Shown here one piece after another: positions 22,746 to 35,611 of a stretch of DNA of 64,000 bases. This DNA comes from Rhina ancylostomus (taxonomy: Eukaryota). Position numbers and translations under genes: made by a program. A model generated the notes under the pieces. That model had not been told where the DNA came from. It searched no databases and worked only from the letters and a program-made list of their open reading frames with translations. The stretch covers positions 22,984,169 to 23,048,168 of the forward strand of contig JARFYF010000054.1 in assembly GCA_030265395.1 (NCBI GenBank), read 5' to 3'. How positions within the stretch are numbered: position 1 is the first letter of the stretch; every line of letters begins with the position of its first letter.

Positions 22746-24039
22746 CTCTTGCACATCGATGGAGATTACTTTCAAAGGATTGGAGCATGGTCAGCCTGCT
22801 CGGGTTACTATTTTGGACAAAGGCCACAGGGCTTTCTGACTTGAATGACATCAGAAGACAGCTTGTTCTAGCCCTAATGACCTCTCCTGCTTAAACAGGC
22901 AATATTGACTCACTGGGGAGAACAGAAAGGTGAACTAATACAGATGCAGCTTAGAGCAGCTGACTCTGAGCAATAGTAAAAGTAGGAATTCACTGTGCTG
23001 CCAGACAGCAAGTCTCTCACTAGCACTATTTCTGACTTGTTGGAGCTGTGCAATACTCAGCTGGAAGCTTTGGTGTTTAAATGCTTCAAAAATACTGCTA
23101 TTAAAAAAAGTTCTGACAGATCTCTGAGTATGCCAGTAGTGATGGACAAGGTGTGACAGGTGATTACATTTAGGAATTTCGGACTTCCAAGGCATTAATT
23201 GCACCATACTAGCAGTGCCTCTTGGAGAACCACATCACTCTAGTCCAGATGGCACATAATTACATTTCGACAGCTTTCACTCACAACTCATGCTGTTACT
23301 CGCTTTTCAGGCAAGGTTTTTTATCTGTTTCTCCTTCATTATCATAAAGTGATATGTTCACAAGAATAATGAGTGGTAAGATTTGAAATTGCTGTTTCTA
23401 CATTAACCAAAGATGGCAGTTAAATTCTTACACATGGCACTAGTTCCTTTTGAAGAATGGGTGTATTCGTCGACCTTTTGTACCACTGCCAATAAATACT
23501 GCAATGCCTGTAGGGAGCTGGAGCATGCTTCATTGCAGAGAGGAGTAAGTGATGTTTGGCAGGCTCCTGTCTTTTAAACTTCCCTGCTCTTTGTCATATA
23601 TCCCCTAATTGCAAGTAACCACCGGCAAATTGCTTTGGCGGTGAATTTTTTTATGGACAGGCATTTATTTTTGAGCTGTACATCAGCGTGGACTCTACCT
23701 CGGGCATTATTTTTTTAAAATAATGCTGCAATTTTCACTCTGACACTTGCCGTAAGCATTGCATAAAATTTTAAAATGCATTTACATTTGAGTTGCATAT
23801 TTCAGGTTTTTACCATCCATGCTTTACCTAACTGTGGACGTTGTGTGCAGTGTTGATAGTAGAAGGCGCTGCAGCCAGTAAACCGTATTTATGTACTTGA
23901 GAATTACAGCATTTCTCCATTCAAACACATCAACATTATGTTACCATAGAATATGGCTCCGATAATTGTACTGAAAAGTGTGCTGCTATTAAAGCAAAAA
24001 GAAAGAACTTGCATATCTGTATCACATTGGATTTCCAGT

Positions 24040-24610
24040 GCAGCTATAGGCCATTCAGTCCAATTAACCTGCTCCAATTTAATGCTTCATACCAGCCTCC
24101 TCACCTCTGCTTCACCCTCCATGTACATGCTTTTATTCCTCCCTTCCTTGCACTGACCTCGCATTCCCTGAAGGCATCCATGCTACTTCCCTTAACTAAT
24201 TCTAATAGCAGCAGTTTCTGCATTTTGATTATTGCTGCATATAGAAGCTGTTCACAATTTAAAATTGAAAATGCCGGAAACACTCAACAGGGCAGGCAGC
24301 ATCTGTGGAAGGAGCTACGTGAACAGTCCCATACTCAAACTGATAACTTTCGCTTTCCATAGCTGCTGCCTGACCAGCTTAGCATTCCCAGCATTTTCTA
24401 TTTTTGCTTTTAGATTTCCAACGTCTGCAGTTTGATTTGATCTTCTTTTGTTGTAAAACTGTGTTTATTAATGACAAACATTGTTTCTTCCACAAGTGGA
24501 AACATTCCTTTATCCATCCTTTCAAGTAACTTCATAATTTTAACGACTTAAGATCTCCTTCAGTCTTCTCTTTCCCAGAAGAATGAGTGTTAGCTTGTAC
24601 AGTCTTGTAA
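24040..24610 (-). mobile_element. CR1 LINE 3' part, split by a Penelope-derived fold-back
   Basis: ggccattcagtcc (reverse CR1 tail)...gtggaaacattcctttatccatcctttcaag..agatctccttcagtcttctctttccc (reverse of RRLRGDL). Confidence 0.7.
24258..24432. mobile_element. Penelope-like fold-back element
   Basis: Inverted arms gaaaatgccggaaacactcaacagggcaggcagca and tgctgcctgaccagcttagcattcccagcattttc. Confidence 0.75.
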
Positions 24611-25164
24611 CTTTTGCATCCACAGGAAATCCCCAAATTATTCACAGTGCTTGTGGTGGCTGTTGTTTTGCGGGAAACATAGCAGACAGTTTACACACAC
24701 TCCCACAATGACTTTGAGCAGCCAAATTAAATTAAATCTTGCAATTGTCTGCATGGAAGTGCTTGGGTTCAATTCAAATTTCAGCATTTGGTACATTATG
24801 CAGGCTGAGTACTTAAGAGTTATCCCAAGGGAGGTCTGTGGTGCCGGAGGCAGTATCTTTCTTTGAGGCACATCTGTCTGTTCAGGTGGGTCCCTGGGCA
24901 GATTTTGTTTTTTTTGCCAGGGTGGTTAATAATTGTATGAATAGTAGGCACGGATTTTGAAGGAAGGGAATGAATTGCATGTAAAGAAACCCCTATAATC
25001 TTTATTTATTAAAATTTTGGGCATTAAATATAGTAGGCTCAGCTATGTAGGGTCGACACCGATTATTCCAAAATGCATGCGGCTCACTGAATACCAAAGC
25101 ATCAACATGAGTGTTAGCTGGTTCTGCCACATCTCCAAATTCCAGTGACAATTAAAACTCCAAC

Positions 25165-25330
25165 AGCATTTGAAGAAGAGAAGGTTGCATCTCTGTATTG
25201 AGGTTAACATTCCTTCCTGATCAGAGCATCCAGTTCATTTGCTCACTGTGGGGTCTTGCTGTGCACATTAGCCCAGTGTTTGCCCACATAACAGCAGTAA
25301 CTGTATTTGCAAAAGGCAATTTATTGGTTA
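25165..25330 (+). mobile_element. DeuSINE 3' half
   Basis: tttgaagaagag..ctgtggggtcttgctgtgcacatt..tttgcccacataacagcagtaact..ttattgg. Confidence 0.65.
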
Positions 25331-26999
25331 GTGGATGGCCTCGAGTGCCTGTCGGAATCTGGTTACACCAACTTCCAGTGAGAGATCAGACACTTGTCTG
25401 CTCAGTTGGCGTAGAGTTGTAGAAAATAGAGCACGAGAGCAAATCAAAAGGCAAAACACCCCACTGTTAAAGAACTTCAAATACATTAGTCAATCATAGA
25501 TTTGGCAGTAACCATGAAATACTAAGTTCAGAATTAAATAAAGTGAAGATAAAAAAAATCAGTCTTTTAAAACCCATCATGAGAAGATTTCACTGGATAT
25601 ACGGGGGCATTTGCAGTGAAATTCTGTTTCGTCAGTCCAGTATTTGTTCTGGTGTGTAGGGAATGACTGTGCAGGAAATTTTCCCTGGCAGTTCATCAAC
25701 GGTTGGAATAACAACTCCTAATCATGCATTCAGGATTTTCGGGCTGAGTTTTTGGCTTTCTGGTTCAGGATTTTTCTCCAGCACAGCCCGATGAGATGTT
25801 GGAAGGCACAGACTGGCCGTCTTCCTTCCACATTGGGGTCTGTAGTATATACATATTTGGCTCCACATTCCCAGAGAAACTCTGTTTCTTTTTCATGACA
25901 CTCTGAGTGAAAGTGCCATCTTGCGGACAGACTGCAGGTGACAAATGTCACAAGGCTTTATTCCACCAGAAACGTGAAGGGTGAAAACTTTCTTCAAAGG
26001 ATTGCCCAGTGGTTATAGTTACTGGGTGTAAAACCCTTTTTACAGTGTCACCAATTCATTGCCTTGACCTTGCAGAAAGTAGAAATAAAAAGAAACATGT
26101 TTCTACTGAAGGAACGCTAGGATCATGTGTTGTGGGATTTCAGCATTCATTTTAATGGAAAATGAAGCCAAAAACAACCAGCGATTTGAATTTACTTTTG
26201 GTGAAACATTAAAAGATTTCCATTTGATGGGAAAAAATATGGAGAAGTGGAAAACCAGAAAGTTTTGGCTCAAATATAGAGACGGCTGTAGACCCTCCAT
26301 TTTGTTTGGCAGAAGCTTCAGACAGACTCCTTGTTTATTTATTACTCATTTCTACAATATGCCGCTGTTAATTACTCACAGCTGTGCAGTGAACCTTAGT
26401 TAACAAGATTTACTACCTCGCAGCTTGCCTCTGTACATTATGAATGCTAAATTTTAGGAGGATTGCTGTTACCATGTTTATTAGCGAACATGATTTTTAA
26501 GCCAAATAGCAACTTAGCCATGGTGCTTTGTAGTTTAAGGTTAGGCATACCATTCCTCCAGTTCTAATTCAGAGCCAACTAATGCAAAATTATCCCTTTT
26601 ACACTTACAGAAATAATGTGTATTCAAACACTACTGTAACTAAAATTGTCTGGGTGTGGTCATGATAACTTCTCTTTGTGCAAAGTGAAAATTGGTGCAA
26701 AATAATAGTCCTCTCTTCATTGCACATGAAGAGGTTTACCAAGTTTGACTGAAATTGAGGTCAAATTTTAACTCATTGATTGAATCAATGAATGAGAAGA
26801 CAAGGTTAACTTATTTTTCTATGATAGTTCTACCTGGTCTCTATATGTTGTAGTGTCCTCTGCATACTATATGCTGGAGTGCTACTTGTGTTCATCTGCA
26901 TCAGTGCTATGTGGGATTTTGCAATGCTATCTTGGCTCTCTGCAACTTCTTCTGTAAGTCAAGAAGAGCCTCCCACACTGGCATCCAGCCAGTCAATCC

Positions 27000-27940
27000 T
27001 GTCAATGGCCCTGTAGAGAAATGAGGTGCCTCCTACAACAGATATTAATGGGCAAGTTGATACAATGTGTCCCATGATTTAGGATTCAGGCCACAATTGC
27101 ACGTTGGGTCAATTGAGCATCTTCCATTTGGGGACCAGTTGGCCACAGAGAACATGGCCCATGCAGATTCTGTGGAGGGCTATCCACTGTCTTCAATGGT
27201 GATTGAAGTCAGGGACCTTGCTCTGGAGTCAGTGATGAGACATAGTGATCATCTTACTGGATCAGAAGGCAGATTTTTGGGCAACTGATTCAGAAGAATG
27301 AGTTCAAATCCCACCATGTCAGCTGGAGAATTTAAATTGAACTAATTAAATAAATGTAGATTTAACTTGGAAATGGTAACCTTAAAATTGTTATAAAATC
27401 TCATCTTTTCCAAGCTTGGCCGATATGTTTTTTCCAGACCCATCAATTTGGTTGACTCTTAATGGCCACTTCAAGATCAGGGGCAATTAGGGATAGACAA
27501 TAAATTTAAAACAGATTCCCTTTTTTGGAAATGCTCCACAGTTCTTTCCATTTGGAAAGTGAGTTGGTTGTCTGTGCCTGTGATTTTGCCAAGTTTTTGT
27601 GAATGGGGAGGTTGGTGTTGTTCATGAGCTTTTGTGGAGGTAGTTGGAATTGTGGCGAATAACAGGCAGGGCAACATGGGCCAGCACTTAGAAGAAATTA
27701 GTGTAGCAGGCTTCAGGGGATCCCCGGTCAGTGCCCTCAAGGCGGCATTTAGTTGCACATCTATTAACTGTGTGGGATTCCCAAACGTGCAGTATTCTGC
27801 AGCAGAGTGCACAAAGGCCCATGTTGTCACATGATGTATTCTGGTCATGTTCCATGATACTCCAGTAAAAATTCAGTACAAGGTTCATCTTGATTTAAAG
27901 TCTTTCTTGGTTTTTAGGTAGGTTTCTCTCCTCCCAGCCT
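27000..27940 (-). mobile_element. Vingi/Ingi-like (I group) LINE 3' part, split by a SINE
   Basis: Minus ORF 27477-27848 AFVHSAAEYC..TQLIDVQLNAALRALTG matches Vingi ALCYSAAEYCAPVW..HT.LVDVQLN..MR.I.G. The minus strand at 27070-27193 reads RQWIALHRICMGHVLCGQLVPKWKM...CNCG (C-terminal zinc-knuckle region). Confidence 0.75.
27225..27505 (+). mobile_element. tRNA-SINE with CR1-type tail, nested in the Vingi-like LINE
   Basis: B-box gagttcaaatcccaccatg, then gaatttaaatt.., ttggttgactcttaa.., tail gggcaattagggatagacaataaat. Confidence 0.8.
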
Positions 27941-30539
27941 CACCTATCTTGTGAGCCGCGCCCCCCCCCCCCCCAGGTATTTTGGATGAGGTTCATGGGG
28001 AGACTGTCTTGCACATAAATTCTTTCCAGTATCCATGCTGTTGGACATTATTTTGCTTGTAGGCTATCTTGGTTATATTGTTGTTTATCTATTGTATTTC
28101 CAGCAGAAAGTGTTAGCTGAAAAACAGAGTGTAAACCTGCATTCTATCACTCCCGGGGAGTGCAGCTCCCTGCTAGAATTATGGAATTAGCACTTGAATG
28201 CTGTACTGACTATATTTGCCAGAGCCCTTTCTGGGCTCTGTAGCATCTGTTAAATTTAGTTAAATTAAACTAGAAAAGACTTCAGAGCTTCAAAATGTGC
28301 TGATTGCCAATTAGGAATTTCAGCTGGGCTTTGTGTAGTTGTCAATCATACGCTCCAGACCAGGGGGAGCTGTGGAGGTTCTGTACTGAACTGCAGCTAC
28401 AGAATTACACTAATAATCCATCTCTCCTCAAAAAAGGAAACAAGTTATCAGATGGAAAAGTCTCTATGCATTCATCCCGATCTTGAATATTTAGCCAAGG
28501 TTACTGGTAATGTTTTTGCATGATTCTCCTACTCTTTGTTGTGGAGTGGTGTGGTTTCAATGTTAGTCCTTTCGACCAGAGCTGTTCCATCTCAGGGTCC
28601 TTGGGAAGTCTTAACTAACCATTCTGATGGTTTCAGAAAGCTGTGCATAACCACCAGCATCTTCCAAACAGTAAAAAAAAATTGGCAGATTTATTCCATT
28701 ACAATCATTCCGAGCAAAACTGGCAAGACTCATGCTTTGCATCTGCAAATGCGAATAGTTTTTTTTGTCAGTGCAAGCAGAACATTGACTGTCGGTCAAA
28801 GTGAGCAGTAATTTTGTTTGAAGAATTTGTTAAGTGGCTTTGGCTCAATACACAGGTGCACTTTATCATTCTTTTCATTACTGCTGCCACTGAAGCGGCC
28901 CTAGTCATTCAGCAGAACTTCCTATCAACAGGGTTAGTTTTGCTGAGTTTTCTCAGTTGGATTGTTTCTTGACTGCCAATTTTATAGATTGGACCCTGGG
29001 GCCAATTTGAAGTCAGAGAAAGCCACCTAATTTCCCCTCACCCTCGAAAATATCCAGACACGTCACTGCTAATCCTCTTTAGTAGGTTTTGATGGACTAT
29101 CCATCATTATCATCTCCTCCTGGATCAGTGTCAGGAAGTTGCCTATTTTGAATGACTGTACCACCTATAGAACTATTTGAAATGATACTGGAACACTTGT
29201 TTTTTGTGCTTTAATATCTCTCCTGTTTCTCTGCAGTTGAAACAGTTTGCTGTATTCAAGATGTGGTCTGACAATAAAGTTTGATCATTGCTTCCCTTGC
29301 TTTGGCTGTATAGCTCCAGATCTTGTTGACTTTGTCGATCTCTGTACTGTACTGACTGGACATTTAAATTTATCAAGCTTTCTTGGCCTCTTTTGGCTTC
29401 ATCATTGGTACCGCTCATAAACTATTGAAGTGGATCTGTTGCATCTTGCCCTCTAAAACTGTGTGTTGTCTGCTTCGTTACTGAGTCTGTCCTTAAAGAG
29501 TTTGCCTGACTTTCTGAATCTGTCTCTTCTATGGACACTCCTGGTGTGATATCATCTGAAAGTACTAACAATTTGGAATGAGCTTGAGGTTACTGATTTA
29601 AATTAGGAAATGTCCTGGTTACATGTTTAAGCCTGTGACATCCCCTCTCCTCGGTCCCCTTACCACATCACCCCTCTAAATTAAAGAGAATATAGTTTTG
29701 TCACCTTTGCGATTTTCTTCTTAGTGCTTAGGATTGGCTCTGAAACTTTTTCAAATGTGTGGAATTTTGTTGTTTGGAACTCAAGGTTCACTACATTATG
29801 GGGCTTAGTCTGACCAGCTTAAGGGTATCACTTCCTTGAAGAAGTCAAAGAGATGTGATCTTTCCCTTTAAGTTCATGCCATCTGCTATAAACTTTAATA
29901 TTGTCGTATCACCCCACCTTTAATTAAGGCCATTTCTCTCCTGGAAGAGAGGTTTGTCCAGTTCAGGCAGTGATCAGTTAGCTAACAAGAAGAGGAGGTT
30001 TCATGAATGTTCCTATCTCAACAGTGATGGAAATGAAGGACAAATGCAAAAGATAAAGCTGATCATGATATCAGCAATATCAAGGAACATCTCAGAGCTC
30101 TGGAGGCAGCATGGATCTCAAGAACAACCTGGTCCTGGTGTTTAACACTTGTGCTGCAGGAATTACCACAACAATGCAGACACAGATTATAGGTGTTCAC
30201 TAAATTATAATGGAAACTTGCCCAAGTATGTCACGTATGTAAAAGCAGGGGAAGGATATACTTGTCAGTCATTTCTCTCTGAGTAAAGTGGTGGAAGGGG
30301 GTGTCTAACAATGCTAACAACTCAGTGAAAATAACCTAAATTTCTTACCGATGTGACAGTAACATCGCCAGTTTAATGTGTTTGTACTGATTGTGATGAT
30401 TACTCTTTTACGGGTACACTGTACCGGCTTACTTTCCCCTCTACTCAAACTTGCCAATAAACTGCACACCAATCTCAGTGGATTTTGTCAAAACCAGTTG
30501 TCTCTGGACCTCAGTACCATCTTAAAGCAAACATGGATA

Positions 30540-32560
30540 AAAGAGCAGGATTCTTTTTAGGTGAGGTGGCAATGCTTGCCTCTGATGTTAAGCCAGTGTC
30601 ATCAAAATTCGGAAGAAAATTGTGGCTTGGCAGGAGTCATGCCTTACACTAGAGAAGATAGTTGTGGTTGCTGGACGACAATTATCTCCATGACACAGGT
30701 GATCAAGGCATCTTCCCAGGCCTAGGCATCAGCTGCTTCATCAATATCTGCTCTGTCCAAGTCTGAAGNNNNNNNNNNNNNNNNNNNNNNTTTGCTTATT
30801 TCCACAGTTTTATTCCAGCATATTCATGAATGGGCTGATAAGCATCAAATACATTCCATGCCACAAGGAACTGCCACCTCCAACAAGAAGAGAATCAAGC
30901 TACCTATTCCTGATGTTCAGCAACATTTCCTTTGTTGAATCTCTCACCAGCAACATCCAAGGGTCACCACTGGTCAGAAACCTAACTGTATCTGCCACAT
31001 AAATATTGTGGCCACATAAACAGGTCAGAAGCTAAATAGTGATTTACCACAACCTAAAGGTACAAAGTTGGAGTGCACTGGTACATCCTGCACTTGCCTA
31101 GATGAATGGTCAAAAACTCAGTTCTACTCAGGATAAATTATCTCCCACTCCCTACTTTTAAACATTCACCCTCTCCACCAGCAGCATACCTTAGCTGTGT
31201 TGTGTACCTTCGATGGGATACATTGTAGCAATTCAGCAAGAGTTACATGAGAGCATCTTCCAAACCTCCTACCTCCACCACCAAGAAGTACAATGGTGAC
31301 AGGTACCAGCAAGGTCCCCTCAAGTTCCATTCTAACTTCCATATATGTTGCCAATCCTTCATTCTTGCTGGGTCCAATTCCTGGTGTATTGGTATCAGAA
31401 CACATTCCTCTGTGGGTTTTCAAGCAAAGCTCAGCCATCACACCAAAAGTTCTTTCAGTCTGTCTCATCACAGTACCACCCCTCATCTCCAACAAGCTTC
31501 CCACAGGAGGACATCTAATCTACAGGACAAATGGGAAACTGTTCAACCTACGTCACCTCCGGTCCAGACCCAGGTCCCCTGAATTTCAGTCATTGAGCTG
31601 CAATACACACCCGATGCTTGTGTATGTACACTTTTGGAAGAGGTGCTAAGGTCGACAAAGGTTGTCTAATAATCTGTCCCAGCAGTACTATCCTCCACCA
31701 TTAGACCCAGCAAAACAGGAGTCTCTTTCCATACAACAGAAAGCACATCTCACTGATGAAATTCGCCATTACCTTCAGTGCACCAGCATAGCCTTTGCCG
31801 TTGTGACGGAAAGAATGAATGGAGATTAAGACCATACCCGGCACAAAGCTCATGGACAGCTATGATCCCCGCCCTCCAATATGCTTCTGAGACATAGAGT
31901 CTATGCACAGGTGCAAAGAATTAGAGAGGTCCCATCAATTCTATCTCTCTACAAGATCCTCCAAATCCACTGTCAGGATAAGTGAACCAATGTTAGCACC
32001 CTCTCCAGGCCAACGTCCCCACCATTAATGACTTATTTACACTTAGCATTGATGGCCACATCATTCAGACACCAACATGAGACCTCTGAAGCAGACACAC
32101 TCTTTCTGAGCTCAGTCACAACAAGAGATTACCAGGTGGAGAGAAGAAACAATTTAAGGATTGTATAGAAAAAACATGACATCCTCACCAACTCCTGGGA
32201 ATCCCTGGCACATGACAACTCAAAATAGAGAAGGAACATTCAGAGAGGCAATGAGAGCCTCTCTCTATGTGGGGAATACATAGAATCCCAATGTAANNNN
32301 NNNNNNNNNNNNNNNNNNTCCCAAACTAAATCCCATCTAGCACCTCCTAACCAGGATCTGTGAATCCCTCAGTTGCCTCATCAGTCACTTCAGAGCCCAC
32401 AGAGCTGGAGTGTAACGTGATCCTTGACCCCAAGAGACTACTAAAGGAAGACGGAATAAATTCACAAGCAGTCAAGAAAGCAACTCATCACTACCATTAC
32501 TAGAGATTGGCAATAAATGCTGGCCTTGCCAGCAATTCTCACATCCTATGTATATTTAAA
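30540..32560 (+). mobile_element. Second CR1-group LINE family (RT end and 3'UTR), interrupted by an RTE at about 31400-32455
   Basis: cagctgcttcatcaat..tgggctgataag..aaacattcaccctctccaccagcagc..caaggtcccctcaagtt. The tail resumes after the RTE as gcagtcaagaaagcaactcatcac..ggcaataaatgctggccttgccagc. Confidence 0.8.
31400..32455 (+). mobile_element. RTE-clade LINE, 5'-truncated
   Basis: ORF 31293-31649 includes LISNKLPTGGHLIYRTNGKLFNLRHLRSR (RTE RT motif YRT[DN]GKLFNLRRL). 3' end gtgatccttgaccccaagagactactaaaggaag. Confidence 0.9.
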
Positions 32561-33126
32561 GAAAAGGGCAAAATTAATGTGTATGTACTCTAAAACATTC
32601 CAGGAACTTCAGTGAATTACTGCCACAACTAACGTTATACAATATTTTCTATTCAATAGAGTTCCAATAGAAAGCCATTTGAACTAGATTAGACCTGACA
32701 GCCATTTAAATACTACTTGATTACTGATACAAAAAATAATGATGAGTGTAACTTTGCATCCATATTCATGCACTAGCCTTGGTGTTTTATGACTGACAGC
32801 TGTACTCGTCGAAGTTGTAATTAATAAAGAGTTGTTGTGCCATCTCTCCCTGTGTTGCAGAGCTGTTGACTGCCCAGGTTTGCTGTATGCGCACTGTTGT
32901 GCTCAGTGACAGCGGCATGTCAATCTGGCTGAGTGGAGTTAAATTTGTGATGTATTAACCTGGCCTTCCAGGACTATGGATGTGGGGAGCTGAACAATGA
33001 ATTCAGCGAATATGACCTGCACCCATTTCTTTTCAGAGTCTCCATAGATTTGTTTGTATTTATGGCAGAAGAATAACTGGATGGTTTATAAGGTGAAAGG
33101 TGGAGTCGGAATGAACTAGGCTAAAG

Positions 33127-33127
<1 letters not shown>

Positions 33128-33165
<38 letters not shown>

Positions 33166-33183
33166 AGGGAGAGAGAGAGAGAG
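33128..33183. repeat. Compound microsatellite, (TG)18 followed by a GA-rich run
   Basis: Directly visible. Confidence 0.97.
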
Positions 33184-33314
33184 CAGGTTAGGAGGGGTAG
33201 CAGGCTAACAATTGGCAGCTGCTATTTAATGTAGCTAAGTGTAAAGTCATGCTCTTAGGGATGTGAAAAAAGCAGAGAGATTATAGGATTAATGAAAAAG
33301 TACTGATAAGAGAT

Positions 33315-33800
33315 GAAAAGGATCTGGAATCAGAGTAGATAGTTTGCTCAGCCATCAAATCAATGTTGGACAGCTGTCGAGGAAGCAATGTTAGTTATAT
33401 GAAAAGTAGATTCGAGTGTAGATTGAGGGATTTTATCTTGCCACAGTGTAGACTCTTGGTCAGATCTCAACTGGAGTATTGAGTTCAGTCTTGGATCTCT
33501 CGCTGTAGAAAGATATAGCTGAACTAATTAAGGTGGAGGTGAAAGATACTGGAATAATATGAAAATTAAATATAACGGCACACTGACTCAAAATCTGGAT
33601 TTACTCATTAGGAGGCAGAGATTGATTCAAACAATGCAGTTATAGCTAAGACAGGGTCAGTCAGGCATGCTGAATTTAGTACTGGGTGGCAGAGTAAGGG
33701 GACAGACACTCATGCTGAAAAATGAATTGATTGAAATGGAATATGAGAAACTATAGTTTGCTTCAGTGGTGGTTGGTTATTGCGTGAACTTACCAAGGAA
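33315..33800 (+). mobile_element. Old CR1 LINE fragment
   Basis: aaaggatctgg..ctcttggtcagatctcaactggagtattgagttcagtcttgg (LVR.QLEY.VQ.W). Confidence 0.7.
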
Positions 33801-34060
33801 GGATTATTCTGTGGCTAGGAGCTCATCCTTACCTGTGTGTCAGCTCAGACAGTAAAGGTCAGATTTTGCAGGTTCATCTAGCTTAACCCCAACATTTAAC
33901 TGTTTGAAGTAATTGGCTGTTACCATGTTGAAATAATGTTGATCAGAGGGCCTAGGCTTGAGTGTCACTGGATATATTTGGCTTCCCAGGATTATATTAG
34001 CTGAGTTCAACCCTATTGCTGACAACGTCTCACTCCATCACATTTTCCAACAGAGCAAAT

Positions 34061-34528
34061 AGGGTGTCACGGTGAACTTTCTAGTAGAGCTGCTGCCTCA
34101 TNNNNNNNNNNNNNNNNNNNNNNNNNNNNNNNNNNNNNNNNNNNNNNNNNNNNNNNNNNNNNNNNNNNNNNNNNNNNNNNNNNNNNNNNNNNNNNNNNNN
34201 NACATAGCTAGTAGAGCTGCTGCCTCACAGCTCCAGCAACCCAGGTTCAATCCTGACCTGCGGGGCTGTCTGTGTGGAGTCGGTATGTTCTTCCTGTGAC
34301 TGTGTGAGTTTCCTTTGGGTGGTCTGGTTTCCTACCACATCCCAAAGATGTGCAGGTTGGTAGGTTAGTTGGCCGCTGCAAATTGTCTCTAGTACCTAGG
34401 GGTGTAGTAGAACCTGGGGGAATGTGGTAGGAACATGGGAAGAATGAAATAGGATTAGTATGGGATTTATGTAAATGAGTGCATGATGACTGGTCTGGGC
34501 CAAAGGGCCTTTTTCCGTGCTGTGTGAC
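34061..34528 (+). mobile_element. HE1-like V-SINE spanning an assembly gap
   Basis: gctagtagagctgctgcctcacagctccagcaacccaggttcaatcct, V-domain, CR1/HER1-type tail gggccaaagggcct..gtgctgtgtgact. Confidence 0.9.
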
Positions 34529-35424
34529 TGTTTGGTGCAGCTGTTTCTTGTAGAATCCCTCCTTGTTTACTTTCCTTGTAACATAACTTTGGTCAGAAGC
34601 ATTGCAGGAGATCAGAAATTTTTCAAATATATAGCGTTTGCTTCCTGGTCAATTGACAAAAAAAAACAAGTGTTGAAATCTCTGGGTACATAAATAAATT
34701 TATACAAATAGATGCAGAAAGTCCCAAAAGTTAAAAAAAATGTTTTTTAAATCTAAAATTGTCACAAATAAGCAATGTCCAATGTTTCAAATGTTCAATC
34801 ACTCGAAGAATTTCCTTTCAACAGTCAGGGTGATGCTACTTTAATCTTTACTGTCTTTTTCTGAGTAATGGCCTCCAGAGCTTGCACCAGAATTTTTATC
34901 CAGGAAAATGTCAGAGGCATCAACATCATAATTGTTTAAAAATTATGCAAGCACTGTTAGGAAATATTTGCTGATGTATATGATTCGCCAAGAGTCCTGA
35001 TGCACAATGGAATACTTGGTATGCACTTTCTTAAAAGAACTACAGTATAATTCACTGAAAGGAGAGTTTAAGGATATCCACCATGGAGTTGTAGGAGATG
35101 TTGGTGTAGTCTTAGGAGTGAGAGACCAGCAGCTTTGAAGTAGTAAAGGGATTTATTTGGATGTTCATATATACAGATAATCAACAAGGGTGGATACAAA
35201 GAGTAATCAAAAAAGACAAATGGCATCTTTGTTGAAAAAAGGTTGGCATTCAAAAGTGAACATGTGAGGCATTGATTGGACACACTCTTGGTCAGACAGT
35301 TGGTCACTGAACTGATGAGGTTTGCAAGAAGTAATAAGGTTACCTTGTATTTTCTGGAGCTGAGAAGTTTCAGGGGTTCTGTAATGTTTAAAATATAGGA
35401 ATAATCTGAGCTGACACAGATAAG

Positions 35425-35610
35425 GTTCCAAGTTCCCCTCCAAGTTGCACATCATCCTGTCTTAAAAGTTCATCAGTATTCTTTCATTGTTGCTGAGCAA
35501 AATCTTTGAACTCCTTGCGCAATAATACTTTGGGTTTCACTTTATCACATGGAGTCCAGCAGTTCAAGGGAGCACCACCATCTCAAGGACCTTTGGGGAT
35601 GACCAATAAT
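35425..35610 (+). mobile_element. 3'UTR of the same CR1-group family as 30540-32560
   Basis: caagttcccctccaagttgcacatcatcctg..cagcagttcaagg..caccaccatctcaagg..ggatgaccaataa. Confidence 0.75.
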
Positions 35611-35611
35611 G

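Noticed and set aside
34081-34227. Direct repeat CTAGTAGAGCTGCTGCCTCA flanking a gap
   Set aside because: Most likely one SINE head represented twice across a 100-N scaffolding gap.
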